A stretch of DNA of 64,000 nucleotides from Polyangiaceae bacterium (GCA_033763455.1 JANRKO010000028.1:181705-245704), one strand, 5' to 3'; shown: positions 8,947 through 18,161, numbered from the stretch's first letter. Numbers and translations are program-made. Notes: a model not told the origin generated them from the sequence alone.

Positions 8947-9457
8947 CTAGCCCGCTTCAAACAGATCGAGAAATGCTCCCCAAGCTACAGCTTTGACCCG
9001 GGGGCGAGAGCCGTGGAGCGGGTCGGCGATCGTGGCGGCCGATGCACCAAGTAGAGATCCAGCTCCGTGCCCTGCCTGCCTGCAGCTTGGTTCCACGCGG
9101 ACGCGAGCCTGTTCATGGGGGTCGCCATCTCAGGTTTCGGCGTGTGCGTGGCCTTCGCCTCAATCAGCCATGTTTTGCCTTTGTTGGGTACGACAAAATC
9201 GATCTCAAGGCCCTGTTGATCCCGAAAAAAATAGAGCTCGCGGCGATGCCCAGAATTGACCTGGCTCTTCACTATCTCGCAAGCAATGAACCCCTCGAAC
9301 AGGCTCCCCACAAAAGGTGAACGCTCCTGGCCTTAGGAAACATTTTCCTGAGGAGGAAGGTCTTCCCCGAACGCCTTGGCCCCGTGAGCACCACTGCGGG
9401 GAAGTTCTTGAAGGCGGATTTCAACGCCGGAGACAGCTCACGTTCGACACTCCGCAT
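8947..9457 (-). pseudogene. Internally deleted AAA+ ATPase (AAA_14 + DUF4143, COG1373-like)
   Basis: N-terminus MRSVERELSPAL...PAVVLTGPRRSGKTFLLRKMFPKA (9457 to ~9329) is joined out of frame to the C-terminus ERSPFVGSLFEGFIACEIVK...LYFFRDQQGLEIDFVV...LIEAK (from 9326). A further probable frameshift near 9000 would restore VKAVAWGAFLDLFEAG* ending at 8947. Confidence 0.82.
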
Positions 9458-9494
9458 TTGAGAAATCTAACATTAAAATGTTAGATTTTTCAAA
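9457..9494. promoter_or_regulatory. AT-rich near-perfect palindrome abutting the ATPase start codon (putative operator)
   Basis: TTTGAGAAATCTAACATT-AA-AATGTTAGATTTTTCAAA: 18-bp arms with one mismatch. Confidence 0.65.
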
Positions 9495-9702
9495 CCTCGC
9501 TCGGGCCCTCGCCCCGGTGGGACGCGGTAAACCTTTGTAATTCTTCAGCCTGGCCCTATGCCCTGCTGGGCGACGGCGGCTTCCCAGCATGCTCGCAGCC
9601 GCCGTATTTCCTTCCGGCAGAACGATCGTTGACCGTCCCGTTACCTTGAGGCACCTAATCCTAGCAACTGGCCGCGCAACTGGCCGAGGGGGGAGGACCA
9701 TC

Positions 9703-11370
9703 ATGAGATTCTCAAGAAATCTGGCGTATAAGTTTCACGCTCTCCGCCTTCAGTGGGGACTCTGCGTCGTTGTTTCATGCCTGCTGGCTTGTGAACCAGC
9801 TTTTCAAAACTGCGCAACAACCTACACGTGCCCCCCGCGTGCGGGGATTGGAGGTGCAAGTCAGCTGGGTGCAGCAGGCGCGGGTGGGCAGGCCGGAATG
9901 CTAGGGGGAGCGGGCGAAGCTCTGACAACTAACACTCCTGATGTTCGTGGTGGCGGCACGAGTAGCGGTGGCACGAGTAGCGGTGGAGTAAGCAGTGGTG
10001 GAGTAAGCAGTGGTGGAGAAAACAGCAGTCCGACCTGCCCCCGGTGCGTTGGACTGGAGACCTGTGGGGGAACTGGCATTCCAAACGTATGCGGATTACC
10101 CAAGTACAAGGTAACCATCACGCGTAGCGCGGAACCAGGATCAGGGGCAGCTGGAATTGTAGCTGGGGGCGGCCTGTCGTGTGGCAGCACTTGCGAGGTT
10201 ACCGTCGATGCGGGCACGACGCTTTCGTTGCTTGCCAGCCCTCAAGTGGGATTTTATTTCAGCTCTTGGGCAGGTGGCGGATGTGGTTCAGACCCGACAT
10301 GTTCCACGTCGCCAATTCTAGCGGATACCGTCATTGATGCGAAGTTCACGCGAGCGAATGTTGTATTCGTTACCTCCTCTTCCTACACAGTCAGCCAACT
10401 CCTGACGAACGGCGCGGGGAACCCCCAGGCCGGCGCTGACAAGTTTTGCCAAACGCGGGCCGCGGCCGGCAGCGCCACGATGGGTGTGCAAAGGACGTGG
10501 ATCTCGTTGATAACGTTGGGGGACGGCTTGGGCACTGGTGCTTCTGCGAGGCTCACCGACAAGCGAGGCTGGGTGCGTACAGATGGCAACCCCGTTGGCC
10601 AGTTACCGGGAGAATTTATCGACGATTTCGTCGTCTACTACCCGCCAGCTCTCGATGAAAACGGCGTGCGGGTGTCACCTTTCACCGATGCAACCCTGGG
10701 TGATGGTTGCGCACGATGGACGTCAACCGCCGGCGGGGCCAACGGAGATTATCGCGTGTGGGGTGTCCCGACGGGAGGCGGAGGGAGGTGGGATGGCGCA
10801 GGGGCAAAAACATGTGACTCCAGCTTCGCTCTGTACTGCGCGAGCATTGACTACAACGCTATGGTTCGTCCCTCACTACCTATTGCAGCACAACTCGGGT
10901 TTCTTACTGACGCTCGCTTTGTGCCAGGTGGTGGGCTGGCTGCTGCTGATGCGCTCTGCCAGCAGGAAGCGGCGAAGGCGGCCTATCCAGGCACCTTCAA
11001 GGCATTCTTAGCTTCCGGTGGCGCCTCTGCGTTGAGTCGCTTTACGACATCTGGCCCGTGGTACCGACCGGATGGTGTCCTGGTTGGAAGCTTCGGCGAC
11101 TTCAACGCTGATAGTCCGCACCTCCTTGCTCCTATTCAGGTCTCGCCTAGGCTCTCGTATTATGGCCTTGCGACCGATTGGGCTTGGACAGGCGCGCACA
11201 CGCCGATCGATACCGCTACCGTCCCAAGGTGCACCAACTGGACTGCGAGCACAACTGCCGCAACCGGGCGCATAGGTGTCCCGTCAAGCACTAACTATCT
11301 CTTCTTGGATAACGATGGCTACAATATGGAATGCGATCGGCAAGGCCACCTTTACTGCCTTCAGCAATAA
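9703..11370 (+). CDS. Surface lipoprotein with an InlB B-repeat-like Ig domain and two DUF1554/endostatin-like domains
   Basis: RBS GGAGG, lipobox CLLAC, Gly/Ser linker. Ig-like segment LSLLASPQVGFYFSSWAGGGC...IDAKF. Two units VFVTS...GADKFCQTRA and GFLTD...GGLAAADALCQQEA...FKAFLA, ending HLYCLQQ. Confidence 0.7.
   Translation: MRFSRNLAYKFHALRLQWGLCVVVSCLLACEPAFQNCATTYTCPPRAGIGGASQLGAAGAGGQAGMLGGAGEALTTNTPDVRGGGTSSGGTSSGGVSSGGVSSGGENSSPTCPRCVGLETCGGTGIPNVCGLPKYKVTITRSAEPGSGAAGIVAGGGLSCGSTCEVTVDAGTTLSLLASPQVGFYFSSWAGGGCGSDPTCSTSPILADTVIDAKFTRANVVFVTSSSYTVSQLLTNGAGNPQAGADKFCQTRAAAGSATMGVQRTWISLITLGDGLGTGASARLTDKRGWVRTDGNPVGQLPGEFIDDFVVYYPPALDENGVRVSPFTDATLGDGCARWTSTAGGANGDYRVWGVPTGGGGRWDGAGAKTCDSSFALYCASIDYNAMVRPSLPIAAQLGFLTDARFVPGGGLAAADALCQQEAAKAAYPGTFKAFLASGGASALSRFTTSGPWYRPDGVLVGSFGDFNADSPHLLAPIQVSPRLSYYGLATDWAWTGAHTPIDTATVPRCTNWTASTTAATGRIGVPSSTNYLFLDNDGYNMECDRQGHLYCLQQ
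9952..10026 (+). repeat. Five in-frame 15-bp tandem units (GGTSS x2, GGVSS x2, GGENS)
   Basis: ggcggcacgagtagc / ggtggcacgagtagc / ggtggagtaagcagt / ggtggagtaagcagt / ggtggagaaaacagc. Confidence 0.9.
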
Positions 11371-11393
11371 AATGGTTGCGTCAAGGAGCCATC

Positions 11394-11410
11394 ACGCGTC
11401 GTTGACGCGT
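11394..11410. terminator. Possible hairpin between convergent genes
   Basis: ACGCGTC-GTT-GACGCGT; no clear U-tract. Confidence 0.3.
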
Positions 11411-11482
11411 CGGTCCTTCGGCTCGGAATCGGGACTATCCTATATCTAATCTAGTCAGGAAATCGGAATCGTACTCGACGCC

Positions 11483-13033
11483 TCAGCCCGGTGATAGCGG
11501 TTGGCAAGCGTTGGCACTACTGCACATATTGGAGGCACAAGGGCTGGATACCGGAGCTGGGCAAGACATAGCTCCACCACAAGTGGCGGCGTCCGTGAGC
11601 ACACCCGAGGTACAGCTGGCTTGGCGGCAAACGGTATCAGAGGGTGCCGCGCTATACGTGCACTTGCCGGCACTATCGCACAGATCAGCCGTGCATGGGT
11701 TGTTGTCATCGAGGCAGGGGGTGCCCGGACTTGCGAGGTTGGCCTGGCACGTGCCGTTCAAGCAACTGTCGGGCGCGTCGCAAGCAGAGGCGGAGCTAGA
11801 GCCACACGCTACGCCATCGTTCTTGTTGGGGTGCAGGCAGGCGGTACCTTGCGCGTTGCAAACGTCATCCGTGCATGCGTTCCCGTCGTCAGTGCAGGCC
11901 CCATTCGGTATGCATTCGCCCCCACACTTTCCGCCGGCGCATACATAGGTACAGGCGGTGACCTCTGACCCCCAAAGACCACTCGAATTGCAGAGTTGCG
12001 TCCCTGTGTTTTGAGCATTGCATCTGAGTGTTCCGGGGACGCACTCACCCGTGCAAGCGGCCAATGAGGCCCCATCGGTGCAGACGTACGGGCACTTGCT
12101 GCCCTCGGCACTCAGCACTCCGTTGGCGGAACACGTTTGGATGCCTCCCTTGGGACCACAAACCGAGTTGCCGGGAACGCAGCTGCCAGTGCACGCACCA
12201 TTGGTGCACAGATAAGGGCACGCGGGAGCATCCTTCCAAGTGCCGTTAGCCGCACAAGTCTGCGGCACATTGCCGCTGCATTGCTTGGTGTTGGGCACGC
12301 AGCTTCCCGCGCACGCGGCCACCCCGTTACTTGCACGACAAACGAACGGACACGTTTGGTCAGTGTGCCATTCCCCGGAGGCATCGCAGATTTGATCGGC
12401 CTTGCCGTTGCACTGCTGAGTTCCAGGAACGCAATGGCCGCCACACGCGCCATCCTTGCACACGAACGCGCAGGTCTGGATCCCTAGCCACTTGCCGTCG
12501 TTGTCACACTCTTCGGCTCCGTTGCCGGAGCAGCGTTGCGTATCTGGCGCGCATTCGCCAATGCAACCCTTCTGTTTGGCGTCGCAAGCAAACGGGCAGG
12601 CTGTCTTCTGCCAGCCGGAGCCGTCAGCACGGCACACCTCGTAGCTCCTGCCGTTACATAGCGAGGCGTTCGGCGTGCACACCATTGCTACAGCTGGTCC
12701 GCCACCCGTTCCCGAACCACCCGTCTCGGAACCCCCCGTCCCCACGCCAGTGTCGCTGCCACCGGTGTTGCTACCTCCGCTCGCATTCGCGCTGCCGCCT
12801 ACTCCAGCTGCAGTACCTCCAGCACCGACAACCATCATTGCCCCACCGCTCCCGCCAGCCATCGCGGAACTTCCGCCAACTCCCAACGCGCCTCCAGTTG
12901 GGGGCTTGTTGCCACTCACGTTTACGCTTCCGCCGCTCCCATCCACCGAGGACATGAAGGCAGGCGGCGCCTCACCACCACAGCTGGCAAGACCGAGACC
13001 GAGGACAAAGGTAAGCAACGAGAACCGGGACAT
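11483..13033 (-). CDS. Cysteine-rich repeat lipoprotein
   Basis: MSRFSLLTFVLGLGLASC lipobox and Gly-rich linker. About six 40-46 aa repeats (GxCxPxxxxC...C...W...C.xxC...C), then DxNxCTxDxC (Dictyostelium CTDC-like) units. The ORF track starts at 13171. Confidence 0.8.
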   Translation of the reverse strand: MSRFSLLTFVLGLGLASCGGEAPPAFMSSVDGSGGSVNVSGNKPPTGGALGVGGSSAMAGGSGGAMMVVGAGGTAAGVGGSANASGGSNTGGSDTGVGTGGSETGGSGTGGGPAVAMVCTPNASLCNGRSYEVCRADGSGWQKTACPFACDAKQKGCIGECAPDTQRCSGNGAEECDNDGKWLGIQTCAFVCKDGACGGHCVPGTQQCNGKADQICDASGEWHTDQTCPFVCRASNGVAACAGSCVPNTKQCSGNVPQTCAANGTWKDAPACPYLCTNGACTGSCVPGNSVCGPKGGIQTCSANGVLSAEGSKCPYVCTDGASLAACTGECVPGTLRCNAQNTGTQLCNSSGLWGSEVTACTYVCAGGKCGGECIPNGACTDDGNACTDDVCNAQGTACLHPNKNDGVACGSSSASACDAPDSCLNGTCQANLASPGTPCLDDNNPCTADLCDSAGKCTYSAAPSDTVCRQASCTSGVLTDAATCGGAMSCPAPVSSPCASNMCSSANACQPLSPG

Positions 13034-13161
13034 CCGGCGCTCCATAGCAAAAGCTGAAGTGTCCCGTGAAACTTTCTTTGGGGGTCTGGCAATGCCCGGG
13101 AATGCCCCGCCCGAACCTGCGAAATGTCTGAAACCTTTGGCGGTATTCTCGCCGTTCTCTC

Positions 13162-14388
13162 CTACGGACAAGCCGCGACCGAACGGATCCAGGCGTCCAC
13201 CACGTCCACCCCCACCGGATCTACGACGCGTGTACCGATTTGGGGCATGCGGGTCATGGCGCCCAGCGCATGCATGCGCAGCGAAAGCACTGACTTTTCG
13301 GGGGAGCCAGGCAATAGCCGCATGGCGCCCGCAACTCCGAGGTCACCCTTCTGGGGGGCAACGTTACAGATTTGCATGTCTTTCAGCGACGTCTCAAACG
13401 TTGCCACGAAGTCTGGCGCGGCTGTGCCGGCGCGGTGGCAATTGGCGCAATTGGCATGGAGGTACGAGCGCGCACGGGTTTCGAGCGGTTGGGCGCCGTC
13501 AGAGGGCGCGGGGTAGGGGGTAACTTGGCGTGGTGTGACCTCGAATATTCCGATGCGTTCCCAGGTTGCCACTTGGTTCGAGGTGGCGCCATTCGGGTAC
13601 TTGAAGTCCACGTTCAGCTGCGCGAGCTCCAAGCCAAGCGAGACGCCCGCCGCTGCCGTGTGGCACTGCAAGCACTGCTGGCGGCTCGGGAAATGCCAGG
13701 TTTGGTCCCCGTTGGGGCCCGCCACCGTCTTTTCGTAACCATCAGTATTAGAGTCAAGCAACATCGCGTCGGTTTGAGCGTCGTTCCACTGGTAGCTGTA
13801 GCCCCACCAATTGTCCTTATTCACGCGCACCAACAGGCGCGTTTCCACCATTTTACCGCCCACTTCGAAGGTCTTTACCAGCACGCTGCCGTCGGGGAGC
13901 TCCAGGTAGCCTTCGCTCTCGTACGTTCCCCCGCTCGCCGCGGGCCCGCACAAAGCGGGCGTGAGTGTGCAATCCTTGACGCGGATTTTGCCACTATCGG
14001 GTAACGCCACAAAACGGCGCTTCACAGCGTTGTCGGACCAAAGTGGGCTCGCTACTGTGTAAGGGATGAGTGTGGGTGCGGGTTCTTTGGGATTCAGCGG
14101 ATCCACGCACCCCGTTTGAGAGAGCAGAGTGGCAGCAGCAGTGCGCGATGCGGGTGGTTTGCAAGTTTGGCCGGTGGGGCGCGCTTCAAGGCCCCAGGTG
14201 GGGGTGCTCGGAGTGAAGCCGGCCGAGCCTCCGCGCCCGCCTGAGTTGGTTCCCCCTGGGCTCGCGGTCGCGCTGCCTCTGCCACCGTCGCTCTTGTTGG
14301 CAGGGGTCTCACTTTCCGCTGGGCGACAACCCAGGTTAACAGCTAAGCAGGCCGATCCGAGCCAAAGCCCGACAGATCCAGATTTCAT
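13162..14388 (-). CDS. SO2930-like diheme c-type cytochrome lipoprotein
   Basis: Lipobox NLGC. LSQTGC, PYTVASPLWSDNAVKRRF, GSVLVKTF, ETRLL, two heme motifs CLQCH and ARSYLHANCANCH, and RMPQIG. Start set at ATG 14388; the ORF track extends to 14697. Confidence 0.82.
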   Translation of the reverse strand: MKSGSVGLWLGSACLAVNLGCRPAESETPANKSDGGRGSATASPGGTNSGGRGGSAGFTPSTPTWGLEARPTGQTCKPPASRTAAATLLSQTGCVDPLNPKEPAPTLIPYTVASPLWSDNAVKRRFVALPDSGKIRVKDCTLTPALCGPAASGGTYESEGYLELPDGSVLVKTFEVGGKMVETRLLVRVNKDNWWGYSYQWNDAQTDAMLLDSNTDGYEKTVAGPNGDQTWHFPSRQQCLQCHTAAAGVSLGLELAQLNVDFKYPNGATSNQVATWERIGIFEVTPRQVTPYPAPSDGAQPLETRARSYLHANCANCHRAGTAAPDFVATFETSLKDMQICNVAPQKGDLGVAGAMRLLPGSPEKSVLSLRMHALGAMTRMPQIGTRVVDPVGVDVVDAWIRSVAACP

Positions 14389-14581
14389 GATCTCCACACT
14401 ATACCCGGCGCACGGGCGGCAGTGGTGGCTAGATGCTGCAGCCTCGCCGGAAAAGCCTAGGGATTTCTGGAAAATGGACCGGAAATGAACACGTTGTCGA
14501 AGTCCTTGCAGCGCGAAGGATGTTAGAGTTTCGCCCCGGCCTTCATCACTGCAGTGATTAGCCCACGGAGCCCATCTGCCC

Positions 14582-16264
14582 ATGACCCAACGCTTAGCAT
14601 CTTCATCCGCCGTTTCACTTTCGCGATCACGAACGCACCTGGTGCGAAGAAGCCTCCTCGGAGGCTTGGTCGCCCTGGGGGCACTTACTGGCACCATGAT
14701 GGCCGGGCAAGCTCGGGCCGATCTAACGCCAGCGTTTCAGGCGAAGCTTACGGTGGATACTGAATACGCGACGGGTGTCTCAGGCGCAACGGACATTGCG
14801 TTCGCGGCTGACGGGCGGGCGCTTATCACACTGAAGAGTGGTAACGTATCGCTTCGGACGCTGGATGGATTAAAGACCACGATTTCTGGCAAGTTCGGCA
14901 ATGTGGACACCGGTTCCGAAAAGGGGTTGTTGGGGATTGTGGCCGATCCCAACGTTGCCGATACCTTTTACTTCTACGTTTCAAACGGACCCTCCAACTC
15001 GGACAAGCACCACGTGTACAAGGGAACGCTGAGTGGCGCGGGTGAGCTCACCGTCGATTTGGCCAATCCTATCGTTGGCGGCAGCGTGCAAGGAGGCCCG
15101 GGCTTGGAAGGGCCACAGAATCACGATGGCGGAGGGTTGGCTATTTACAACGGCAAGCTCTACGTCAGCGTCGGTGATACGGGGGCGAATGCGAGCCCGC
15201 CGCAGAACAAGTATGGAAGCTGCCTGAATAAGCCGAACGGCAAGATCTTGCGGGTGAACTTGGATGGGTCGATTCCGACGGATAACCCGCTGTTCAATGA
15301 AACCATGGTTACGTCTTGTCCGAATCCAACTGGTAGTTTCGGAACTGCCGCGCCAGATAAGCGCATTTTCGCCTGGGGAATGCGTAACCCCTGGCGCTTC
15401 TGGATAGATCCAAAAACCGGCCTCATGTGGATCGGTGACGTGGGCGAGGGCACGCGGGAAGAAATCTCAGTAGGCGGTGGCAATCAGCACTACGGATATC
15501 CGTTTATAGAGGGGAATTACGATTGGACCCAGAATGGCCAGAATTTCGGTGTTAGTTGCAATACGATCACTCCAGGTCGCCCTTGTACGGCACCGGTCTA
15601 TGACTACGTACATGCTGGCAATACCCCTAACGACCAGCAGAATCCGAATCGAGCCTCGGTAACGGGCGGGCTGATTCCTGAAGGTTGTGGCTGGTCCAAC
15701 GTGTTTGACGGCAAGGCGAACTACGTCTTCGCCGACTACAACGCCGGCTGGATGAGAGCGCTAGAGGTGAACGCTGCTCGTGATGGTGTTACGAACGCCG
15801 CGAACCCGACGGCTTTTGGTACCTTCAATAGCGGCCCCGTTTCCTTCCGTATGGGTCCGGAGGATTCGCTGTACGTGGTGTTCGTTAACGTCGGAGCGGT
15901 GTACAAGTTCACACCTAAAGACCGGACGGGCCCCGACTGCGGTGCTCCTATGCCAGGCTCTGGAGGCAGCGGCGGCGTGCTGAATGGAAGCGGAGGTGTG
16001 CCCAGCGCATCAGGCGGTTCTGGGAATCCAGCTCCAACTAGTGGAGGAGCGAAGGCGGCATCCGGTGGAGCGAAGGCGAGCGGCGTGGGCGGCGCCTCCA
16101 GTGCAGCGGGCGGCGGCGCCCCAAAAGGCGAAGGCGGCAGCGTTAAGGATGGGTGCGGTTGCCGCGTGGGTGGTGTCCGGGGCAACGCCCTAATCGCGCT
16201 CGGAGCCGTGCTTTCGCTGCTCGGCGCCTTTGGCCTACGGCGCCGCCAAGGAAAGGTCCACTAA
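14582..16264 (+). CDS. PQQ-dependent glucose/sorbosone dehydrogenase family protein with a MYXO-CTERM-type tail
   Basis: SEKGLLGIVADP, NHDGGGL, LYVSVGD, NGKILRVNLDGSIPTDNP, IFAWGMRNPWRF, MWIGDVG, YGYP. C-terminal GCGCRV + TM helix + RRR. Confidence 0.9.
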   Translation: MTQRLASSSAVSLSRSRTHLVRRSLLGGLVALGALTGTMMAGQARADLTPAFQAKLTVDTEYATGVSGATDIAFAADGRALITLKSGNVSLRTLDGLKTTISGKFGNVDTGSEKGLLGIVADPNVADTFYFYVSNGPSNSDKHHVYKGTLSGAGELTVDLANPIVGGSVQGGPGLEGPQNHDGGGLAIYNGKLYVSVGDTGANASPPQNKYGSCLNKPNGKILRVNLDGSIPTDNPLFNETMVTSCPNPTGSFGTAAPDKRIFAWGMRNPWRFWIDPKTGLMWIGDVGEGTREEISVGGGNQHYGYPFIEGNYDWTQNGQNFGVSCNTITPGRPCTAPVYDYVHAGNTPNDQQNPNRASVTGGLIPEGCGWSNVFDGKANYVFADYNAGWMRALEVNAARDGVTNAANPTAFGTFNSGPVSFRMGPEDSLYVVFVNVGAVYKFTPKDRTGPDCGAPMPGSGGSGGVLNGSGGVPSASGGSGNPAPTSGGAKAASGGAKASGVGGASSAAGGGAPKGEGGSVKDGCGCRVGGVRGNALIALGAVLSLLGAFGLRRRQGKVH

Positions 16265-16949
16265 TTCGGGGAGGCCCTCGCATACATTCCTTGTTCGCGT
16301 CACCCTACCCAAGTTCCCCGTATCATGGTTGTCTGAGCTCTTAGGCTTGGACCCACTCGAAGACGACCCGCGTTTCATTGAGCGCCTTCGACGGCGCGAT
16401 GAGCACGCGTTCAACGAGCTTGTACGTATGTTCGAGACACGCGTCTATCGGCTCGTGTTTCGAATGTTGGGGCGCGAGGCGGAAGCTGAAGATGTGGCCC
16501 AAGAGGTGTTTGTGCAGGTTTTTCGAGCCGTTGAGCAATTTCGCTCAGATTCGAAGTTGAGCACATGGATTTATCGCATCGCGAGCAACCTCTCGAAGAA
16601 TCGCTTGAAATATCTCGCACGCCGAGCGTCCAAATCGCAAGTGGAGCTAACTTATGAGGGCGAGCAGCAGGAGCACAGCCACGCCCAGGGGCTTACGCTG
16701 GGGGAAACAGCGCGCCCCGATCAGCTGGTGGAGGGTTTCCAGGTGCAAGAGATCTTGCGACGTGCCATTTTCGAGTTGGAGCCTGATTTTCGCGAGGCCA
16801 TTGTGTTGCGCGATCTTGAATGCCTTTCGTACGAAGAAATTGGCGTGATCACGGGGCTCACGGAGGGCACCGTGAAGAGTCGGATATTTCGCGCGCGAGC
16901 TCTGTTGAAGGAGCGTGTGGAGCTAGCTTTGGGAGATAAGATCCGATGA
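16230..16949 (+). CDS. ECF sigma-70 factor (RpoE/SigW-like)
   Basis: AEDVAQEVFVQVFR, FRSDSKLSTWIYRIASN, LSYEEIG, GTVKSRIFRAR. True start is uncertain and probably downstream (for example TTG 16329). Confidence 0.9.
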   Translation: MAYGAAKERSTNSGRPSHTFLVRVTLPKFPVSWLSELLGLDPLEDDPRFIERLRRRDEHAFNELVRMFETRVYRLVFRMLGREAEAEDVAQEVFVQVFRAVEQFRSDSKLSTWIYRIASNLSKNRLKYLARRASKSQVELTYEGEQQEHSHAQGLTLGETARPDQLVEGFQVQEILRRAIFELEPDFREAIVLRDLECLSYEEIGVITGLTEGTVKSRIFRARALLKERVELALGDKIR

Positions 16950-17329
16950 CGGACGAAGAGCGTAAACCGCCTGCCGGAATGCTGGTGCCCGGCGCCGAAG
17001 CCTCTCCTCAGGAGCACGCGTTTGATGCCGAAGAAGAGCCCGTTTCGGAAGCTGGGTTTCAGCGTCTTCTGCGCGAAGCGATGGCGGAGGAGCCCAAGCC
17101 CCGTGTTGATATGTTGCACGGAGTACAGCGTCGGATTCGGGATCGCAGCCGCGGGCGCTTCTATGCCAATCGCTGGAGCTTGCAGCGCGTTTCCCCGGTG
17201 CTCACCTATCTGGTAACGGCCCTGCTCATGCTCCTGGTGCTGGGCATCAGTTACTTTCTCTTGCGGCCCCTGCTGGAAGCGGGGAGCGCTCTTAGGCCAA
17301 CGCCAGCCGAGCCAAGCTTGCGCAAGTAG
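16946..17329 (+). CDS. Single-pass membrane protein, putative anti-sigma factor
   Basis: ATGA overlap with the sigma gene; GVQRRIRDRSRGRFY followed by one TM helix. Confidence 0.65.
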   Translation: MTDEERKPPAGMLVPGAEASPQEHAFDAEEEPVSEAGFQRLLREAMAEEPKPRVDMLHGVQRRIRDRSRGRFYANRWSLQRVSPVLTYLVTALLMLLVLGISYFLLRPLLEAGSALRPTPAEPSLRK

Positions 17330-17342
17330 CGTAAGTGCTTTT

Positions 17343-18161
17343 TTACGTGATCCAGTGAGCTAAGATACAGCTGACGTTGTCCGGGCCGCCGTTATCGTTC
17401 GCGCTCTGGATTAGGCGATTGGAGGCGGTTGGAAGATCGGGCGAAGTCAGCACGATGTCCAAAATCTGCTGGTCGCTCACGGGGCCACACAGGCCGTCGC
17501 TGCAGAGCAACATGTAATCACCCACTTTTGGAACCTCGAAGCGGGTGTCCACCTTTACGGTGTCCTTCATGCCGAGGGCCCGCACAATAACGTTCTTGTG
17601 GGGGAAATTTGCCACCTCTTCTTCGGTGAGGTGCTTCATCTTCTTATAATCGTTGAGCAGTGAGTGATCTTCGGTAAGCTGCTCGATGGCACCATCGCGT
17701 ATGCGGTACACTCGGCTATCGCCCACGTGCGCTACGTATACGCCATCTTGCACGGCGAAGAGCGTTACGATGGTGGTGCCCATGCCCCGCTGCTTTGCGG
17801 TGCGTTGCGATTGCTCAAAGATCCGCAGGTTGCAAAGCTTGATACCGGTTATCAGCCGATTTTCCTCGTATCCCTTGCTGCGGTCCATCTTGTAGGGCCA
17901 TGTGCGCTCTGGATCATCCGAGGTGGCTACGAAGAAATCCTGCAGTGTCTCCACGGCCATCTTGGAGGCCACTTCGCCCGAGGCGTGGCCGCCCATGCCG
18001 TCGGCCACCACGTAGAGGCCGTGCTCCGGCAGGATGGCGAAGTTGTCCTCGTTGTGTTGGCGCTTGCGACCTACGTCTGTTTGGCCGGCTACCTCGATAC
18101 GCAGGGGCTGACCGGTTTGATTGCCATGCGTAGTGGGGGACGAGACGGTCACAAGGCTCAC
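17343..18161 (-). CDS. PP2C-family Ser/Thr protein phosphatase (Stp1/PrpC-like)
   Basis: TDVGRKRQHNED, VVADGMGGHASGEVAS, GMGTT, AHVGDSRVY, LTEDHS, LLCSDGL, GGPDNVS. Confidence 0.95.
   Translation of the reverse strand: MSLVTVSSPTTHGNQTGQPLRIEVAGQTDVGRKRQHNEDNFAILPEHGLYVVADGMGGHASGEVASKMAVETLQDFFVATSDDPERTWPYKMDRSKGYEENRLITGIKLCNLRIFEQSQRTAKQRGMGTTIVTLFAVQDGVYVAHVGDSRVYRIRDGAIEQLTEDHSLLNDYKKMKHLTEEEVANFPHKNVIVRALGMKDTVKVDTRFEVPKVGDYMLLCSDGLCGPVSDQQILDIVLTSPDLPTASNRLIQSANDNGGPDNVSCILAHWIT

Noticed and set aside
7594..9590. Integron cassette array explaining the toxin-antitoxin and ATPase remnants
   Set aside because: No paired RYYYAAC...GTTRRRY attC structures were found between the genes, the orientations are mixed and there is no integrase.
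9703..11370. Diversity-generating retroelement target (C-type-lectin-like C-terminus)
   Set aside because: No reverse transcriptase, and no template repeat differing at adenines was seen in the window.
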